Translations under genes and position numbers: made by a program
Assembly (NCBI GenBank): GCA_044220955.1
Contig: JBGAQA010000081.1
Location: 1-20,496 of the forward strand
Direction: 5' to 3'
From: Sandaracinaceae bacterium
GTDB taxonomy: Bacteria > Myxococcota_A > Polyangia > Polyangiales > Sandaracinaceae
Length of the DNA stretch: 20,496 nucleotides
In this document: in pieces, positions 15,935 through 20,496 of the stretch
How the letters are laid out: each line of letters opens with the position of its first letter
How positions within the stretch are numbered: the stretch's first letter is position 1
Notes under the pieces: generated by a model
What the model was told of the DNA's origin: nothing
What the model saw: only the letters and a program-made list of their open reading frames with translations
Database searches by the model: none

Positions 15935-17917
15935 ATGCGCACCACGCTCGTCCTCGTCCTCGGGCTCGGCTTCCTCGGGTGCCCCGCGCTCGCGCGCGCG
16001 CAGGCGACGCTCGCGATCGACTCGGTCGCCCTCGACCGGCCCACCCTGATCACGCTCGGCGTGCAGGTGCTGATCCACGGCGACGACGACCACGACGCCG
16101 CCATCGCGGTGCGCTACCGCGCGACCGGAGAGAGCGGCTTCCACGACGCCATGCCCCTCTACCGCGTGCACCCCGAGGTCAGCGACATGAGCGTGCCCGA
16201 GCAGTTCGCGGGCTCGATCTTCGAGCTGATGCCGGCGACGACGTACGAGATCGAGCTGCACGCGAGCGACCCCGACGGGCTCGACGACACGCGGACGGTG
16301 ATGGCGACGACCCGCTCCGTGCCCGGGGATCCGGCGGCGCCGCACGCGGTGGCCGTCACGGACGCGGCCTCGCTGCAGTCGGCGCTGGACGCCGCGGCCG
16401 CCGGCGACGTGATCACGCTCGCGGCCGGCACCTACCACGGAGAGTTCGCGATCCACGCGGACGGAACCGCCACCGACCCGATCGTGATCCGCGGCGTCGA
16501 TCGCGACACGGTGATCCTCGACGGCGACGATGCCGGAGCGAACGTCCTCGAGGTGTACGGCAGCCACACGCACGTCGAGTCGCTCACCATCCAGCACGAC
16601 AGCCGTGCGCTGCGCTTCCAGGGCGGCGGCGCCACGGGGAACGTCGTGCGCCGCGTGCACATCCGCGACGTCGTGCTCGGCATCGGCTCGCGCGACGGGC
16701 AGTCGGACTTCTACCTCTGCGACAACGAGCTCGAGGGGCGCCTGAGCTGGCCGGCGATCTACCGCGACGACGGCGGCACCCACGCCAACGACGACGGCAT
16801 CCACGTCGAGGGCGAGGGCCACGTCGTCTGCCACAACCGGATCACCGGCTTCGGCGACGCCATGAAGGTCGAGACGGACCTCGCGCGCGCGCTCGACTTC
16901 TACGGCAACGAGGTGCTGAGCGCGTACGACAACGGCCTCGAGCTCGACACCACGAGCGGCAACGCGCGCGCCTTCCGCAACCGCTTCACGAACACGTACG
17001 CCACGCTGAGCGTGCAGCCGATCTACGGCGGCCCCGCGTACCTGATCCGCAACGTCGTGGTGAACGTCGCCGACGAGCAGATCAAGTGGCACGGCCTCGG
17101 CAGCGGCGAGGGGCCGAGCGGCGTCATCGTGCTGCACAACACCTTCGTCACGCCCGGCCACGCCATCCAGACGAGCACCAGCGCGACGAGCCACTACATG
17201 ATCCTGCGGAACAACCTCTGGATCGGCGCGCCCACGGACGGCCGCACGATCGAGTGGGACGCGCCGATCGACCACGGCGACCTCGACTACGACGGCTTCA
17301 TGCCCGACGGGGAGATGCACTTCCTCGGCACGGCCAACTACGCGTCGTTCGCGGAGATGGTGGCCGCGGGCACGTTCGAGCCGCACGGCGTGCTCCTGAG
17401 CGGGAGCGTGTTCCTGACGCTGACGGTGCCCACCGACTATCACGCCGCGCTCCCGCCGCCCGAGCCCGCGCTCGCGCCAGGATCGCCGGCGATCGACCGC
17501 GGCGTCGCGATCACGGGCATGGCGTTCATGGGCGCCGCGCCCGACCTCGGCGCGGTCGAGACCGGCTGCGCGCCGGTGATCTACGGCATCCGCCCCGCGG
17601 GCATGGACGAGACGAGCGAGCCGCGCGGCTGCGGAACCGCGATCGTCCCGATGGACGACGCGGGCGTGATGGGAGTCGACAGCGGCGTGCCGGGTGTGGA
17701 CGCGGGGGTCGTCGGGATCGACGTCGGGCCCCGGAGCGACGCGGGTCCAGGGACCACGCCGCCTGCGAGCGGCGGCTGCGGCTGCCGGCTGGGTGGGGCG
17801 CGTGACGGCGAGAGCGCCATCGGCGGGCTCTCGCTCTCGTTCGCGCTCGCCGCCGCGTGCCGCCGCCGTCGGGCTCGGGTCGGCGCGCTCATCCGATCGC
17901 GCGCTCCCCGGTCGTGA
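15935..17917 (+). CDS. Secreted FN3-like plus right-handed beta-helix (polysaccharide-lyase-like) protein with a MYXO-CTERM-like tail
   Basis: Signal peptide, FAGSIFELMPATTYEIEL (FN3-like), LQSALDAAAAGDVITLAAGTY..GTATDPIVIRG (beta-helix cap), Asn-ladder repeats, GSPAIDRG..APDLGAVE, and C-terminal GGCGC-hydrophobic-RRRR. Confidence 0.8.
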   Translation: MRTTLVLVLGLGFLGCPALARAQATLAIDSVALDRPTLITLGVQVLIHGDDDHDAAIAVRYRATGESGFHDAMPLYRVHPEVSDMSVPEQFAGSIFELMPATTYEIELHASDPDGLDDTRTVMATTRSVPGDPAAPHAVAVTDAASLQSALDAAAAGDVITLAAGTYHGEFAIHADGTATDPIVIRGVDRDTVILDGDDAGANVLEVYGSHTHVESLTIQHDSRALRFQGGGATGNVVRRVHIRDVVLGIGSRDGQSDFYLCDNELEGRLSWPAIYRDDGGTHANDDGIHVEGEGHVVCHNRITGFGDAMKVETDLARALDFYGNEVLSAYDNGLELDTTSGNARAFRNRFTNTYATLSVQPIYGGPAYLIRNVVVNVADEQIKWHGLGSGEGPSGVIVLHNTFVTPGHAIQTSTSATSHYMILRNNLWIGAPTDGRTIEWDAPIDHGDLDYDGFMPDGEMHFLGTANYASFAEMVAAGTFEPHGVLLSGSVFLTLTVPTDYHAALPPPEPALAPGSPAIDRGVAITGMAFMGAAPDLGAVETGCAPVIYGIRPAGMDETSEPRGCGTAIVPMDDAGVMGVDSGVPGVDAGVVGIDVGPRSDAGPGTTPPASGGCGCRLGGARDGESAIGGLSLSFALAAACRRRRARVGALIRSRAPRS

Positions 17918-19088
17918 AGTTGTCGCGTACCCAGCCCTGGAATCCCTTGAGCCCGAAGCGGTCGAGCAGCGGCAGGAAGGCGCGCTCGACGCGATCCTCG
18001 CGCACGATCTGGGCGAAGGGCCGCACGCCGACGTCGTGGCCCGCGAGGACGAAGGGCATGATCTCCGTCTTGCCCGCGGCGAACGCGTCGAAGAGGAGCG
18101 AGACCTTGAGGTACGCCGCCGACACGTCGGAGAAGCCGGGGCGCACGCCGCGCAGGTAGCGGCTGAAGGGCTCGGCGATCAGGCGCCGCGTCGGGTGATC
18201 GCGAAGACCGTACTGCTCGAGCTGCATCTTGAGGAACGCGCTCGCCGACTGCTCGAGCCCGAGGTGCTTGCGGCGCTCGAGCTCGTAGCCCTCGGCGACG
18301 ACGACGAGCGCGTGCTCGCACTTGCTCAGCGCTTCGGCCGCCTCGCGGATCACCTCGTCGGGGAAGCGGAAGAAAGGCAGCACGATCAGGTGGGCCCGCG
18401 ACGCCACGCCGCAGTGCAGCGCGTGGCGCCCGCTCCGGTTGCCCATCATCTCCAGCAGGTAGATCCGCTTGTGTGTGTAGCTGTCCTCGTAGAGGCCGCG
18501 CGCGATCGTGGCGCCCGCCTCCACGCCGGAGAGGAACCCCACCGCGCGGTCACCGCCGACGTCGTTGTCGACCGAGACGTTCACGAAGCCGACGGGCGGC
18601 GCGCCCTCGACGGACGGGTGTGCACGGAAGCTCTCGAGCCACGCGCGCGTGCCGTCGAGCGTGCCGTTGCCGCCGATCGTCACGAGGTGCGTGAAGTGCT
18701 GCGAGCGGAACGTGGCAGCGGCGAGGTCGCGCTTGTCCCGTTCGTAGAAGCCCGTGTAGCGCTCGCTGCGGAAGTCGCTGCCCGGGTCGAGCACGCGCCG
18801 TCCCATCGAGCGCGTCGGGATCCCCTGGCCGAGCAGCTCGTAGCGCTCGCCGCGCGAGACGACGAGGCGCTCGAAGCGCAGCTCGCTGCGCGCGTCGTCG
18901 GTCAGCGATCGGAAGCCCTCGGTCGCGGCCCAGACCTCGAAGCCGCGGCGCGTACCTTCTTCCGTCAGCGCGACCGCGATCGACGAGTACCCGGGCGCGT
19001 CGCCGCCGTCGAACACGCAGAGCACGCGCGGCCCGCCCGAAGCATGGGGCGCGCGGCTCGGGCGGAGGAAAGATCCCGCGGAGGTCAT
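17889..19088 (-). CDS. pfkA: 6-phosphofructokinase (PfkA)-family protein with an atypical active site
   Basis: GGDAPG, GSDFRSER, LVTIGGNGT, SVDNDV, THKRIYLLEMMG, VVVAEG and YLRG are collinear with the PFK motifs. Confidence 0.8.
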   Translation of the reverse strand: MTSAGSFLRPSRAPHASGGPRVLCVFDGGDAPGYSSIAVALTEEGTRRGFEVWAATEGFRSLTDDARSELRFERLVVSRGERYELLGQGIPTRSMGRRVLDPGSDFRSERYTGFYERDKRDLAAATFRSQHFTHLVTIGGNGTLDGTRAWLESFRAHPSVEGAPPVGFVNVSVDNDVGGDRAVGFLSGVEAGATIARGLYEDSYTHKRIYLLEMMGNRSGRHALHCGVASRAHLIVLPFFRFPDEVIREAAEALSKCEHALVVVAEGYELERRKHLGLEQSASAFLKMQLEQYGLRDHPTRRLIAEPFSRYLRGVRPGFSDVSAAYLKVSLLFDAFAAGKTEIMPFVLAGHDVGVRPFAQIVREDRVERAFLPLLDRFGLKGFQGWVRDNFTTGERAIG

Positions 19089-19095
19089 CGCGCCG

Positions 19096-19101
19096 AGCGT
19101 A
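19096..19101 (-). promoter_or_regulatory. Putative -10 hexamer TACGCT, 7 nt upstream of the pfk ATG (leaderless-type)
   Basis: The minus strand reads TACGCT-cggcgcg-ATG, the same hexamer and spacing as the kinase gene. Confidence 0.5.
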
Positions 19102-19156
19102 CACCGCGCCGCCCCGGCGACGGCTGGCTGTGCGACTCTCCCGGGCGGAGGCGACG

Positions 19157-20496
19157 ATGGCAGAGCTCGACGTGCTGGTGGTGGGGGCGGGGCCGACAGG
19201 CCTGATGGCGGCGTGCGAGCTGCGTCGGCACGGGCTCTCGGTGCGGATCGTCGACGCGGCCGCGGCCGCGACCACGCTGAGCAAGGCGATCGGCGTGCAC
19301 GCGCGCACGCTCGAGATCTTCGAGGACGTCGGCGTGGTCGACGAGGTGCTCGCGGCGGGTGTGAAGGCCGGCGGCGTGACCGTCGTCGCGAACGGCGAGA
19401 CGCTGGTCTCGGCCGATCTCGGCGAGCTACCCACTCGCTACCCGTTCCTGCTCTGCGTCGCGCAGGCCGACACCGAGGCGATCCTCGCCAAGAAGCTCGC
19501 GTCGCACGAGGTGAAGGTGGAGCGCGAGGTGAAGCTCGCGTCGTTCGCGCAGGACGGCACGGGCGTCACCGCGACGCTGGCCACGCCGAAGGGCCAGGAG
19601 AAGGTGCGCGCCGCCTGGATGATCGGCGCCGACGGCGCGCACAGCACCGTGCGAAAGCAGCTGGAGATCCCCTTCGAGGGCAGCACGTACGAGGAGCGCT
19701 TCCTGCTCGCGGACGTGAAGATCGAGGGACACCTGCGGGGGGATCGCGTCACGAGCTTCTTCGCGGAGGACGGCGTCCTCGCGTGCTTCCCGATGAAGGA
19801 TCAGCGCTTCCGGCTGATCGGCCTCGCGCCCGGCGATCTCTCCTCCGAGGACGCGCCGACGCTCGAGCAGATGAGCGCCCTCTTCGCGCGGCGCAGCGGG
19901 CTCGACGCGAAGGTGAGCGACGCGCGCTGGCTCGCGCAGTTCCGCGTGCACTGCCGCCAGGTCGCGCGCTACCGCGACGATCGCGTCTTCCTCGCGGGCG
20001 ATGCGGCGCACATCCACAGCCCGGTGGGTGGCCAGGGCATGAACACGGGCCTGCAGGACGCGCACAACCTCGCGTGGAAGCTCGCGCTGGTGCACAAGGG
20101 CGGCGCGCGCGGCCTCCTGCTCGACAGCTACCAGGCGGAGCGCCACGCGATCGGGAGCGCGATCCTGCGGAGCACCGACGCTGCCACGCGCGTGATCACG
20201 CTCAAGAGCAGCGTCGCGCGCGGCGTGCGGAACGAGATCGCGCGCTTCATGTCGAGCTTCGAGGTCGTGCAGCGCAAGATCGCCGAGGGCGCGGCCGAGC
20301 TCTCGGTCGGGTACGAGGCGAGCCCGATCGTCGCCGAGGACAGGACGGGGCTGCTCCAGGGCCGCATCGGGACCGCGGCCGGCGGCGAGACCCCGACGAT
20401 CGGCACGGTGCGCGAGTTCGACGCGGGTCCGCGGGCCGGGTCGCACGCCCGCGACGGGGTCGTGTCGGTCTCCGGGCAGACGGGGAGCAGGCGCCT
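19157..20496 (+). CDS. FAD-dependent monooxygenase (FAD_binding_3 / aromatic hydroxylase family), truncated at the window end
   Basis: Not in the ORF track; translated by hand. GGAGG SD, then MAELDVLVVGAGPTGLMAA (GxGxxG), IGADGAHSTVRK (DG motif) and RVFLAGDAAHIHSPVGGQGMNTGLQDAHNLAWKL (GD motif). Confidence 0.95.
   Translation, partial: MAELDVLVVGAGPTGLMAACELRRHGLSVRIVDAAAAATTLSKAIGVHARTLEIFEDVGVVDEVLAAGVKAGGVTVVANGETLVSADLGELPTRYPFLLCVAQADTEAILAKKLASHEVKVEREVKLASFAQDGTGVTATLATPKGQEKVRAAWMIGADGAHSTVRKQLEIPFEGSTYEERFLLADVKIEGHLRGDRVTSFFAEDGVLACFPMKDQRFRLIGLAPGDLSSEDAPTLEQMSALFARRSGLDAKVSDARWLAQFRVHCRQVARYRDDRVFLAGDAAHIHSPVGGQGMNTGLQDAHNLAWKLALVHKGGARGLLLDSYQAERHAIGSAILRSTDAATRVITLKSSVARGVRNEIARFMSSFEVVQRKIAEGAAELSVGYEASPIVAEDRTGLLQGRIGTAAGGETPTIGTVREFDAGPRAGSHARDGVVSVSGQTGSRR

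Noticed and set aside
2172..17805. Very long alternative-frame and antisense ORFs (e.g. 2172..4166 -, 4039..6255 -, 11115..14126 +, 13114..16104 -, 15979..17805 +)
   Set aside because: These are Arg/Ala/Pro-rich shadow frames expected in high-GC DNA, where stops are rare. They show no motifs and each overlaps a well-supported gene.
1..19088. Kinase-PFK regulatory pair like Myxococcus xanthus Pkn4/PFK, or kinase control of the PdhA GHSMSD serine
   Set aside because: The genes are about 8-16 kb apart in separate transcription units, and such kinases are numerous in myxobacteria. Nothing in the sequence links them.
1..20496. Mobile element, prophage, defence island, tRNA/rRNA or biosynthetic gene cluster
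   Set aside because: No integrase, transposase, nuclease, PKS/NRPS or structural RNA signatures were seen, and composition and codon style look uniform by eye.

Overview
Very GC-rich, gene-dense bacterial chromosomal DNA, most likely Myxococcota (Polyangiales/Sandaracinus-like). This is inferred from a MYXO-CTERM-like tail, a Hanks-type kinase, and IgGFc-binding and PEGA proteins with Asp-Ala-Gly-rich linkers. There are 17 credible CDSs, in order: a membrane Ser/Thr kinase ending in a 12-bp tandem repeat (truncated at the left edge), oxyR, an IgGFc-binding-domain lipoprotein, a glmS-Sel1-GT2-GT4 operon, a convergent LolA-like gene, a DUF465 small protein with its own terminator, pdhA-pdhB-pdhC (no lpdA), a secreted lipase, a PEGA protein, a beta-helix surface protein, a divergent phosphofructokinase-family gene, and an FAD monooxygenase (truncated at the right edge). 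I found no RNA genes, CRISPR arrays or mobile elements, and no self-evident new multi-gene machine. The strongest unexplained signals are: (i) five genes with a -10-like hexamer exactly 7 nt upstream of the ATG, at least four without a Shine-Dalgarno, which suggests leaderless mRNAs; (ii) a PFK-fold enzyme with a rewired active site; (iii) a LolA paralogue with Leu at the Arg43-equivalent position next to a glmS/glycosyltransferase operon; (iv) OxyR head-to-head with a kinase around a palindrome. All assignments are by eye; no searches were run.
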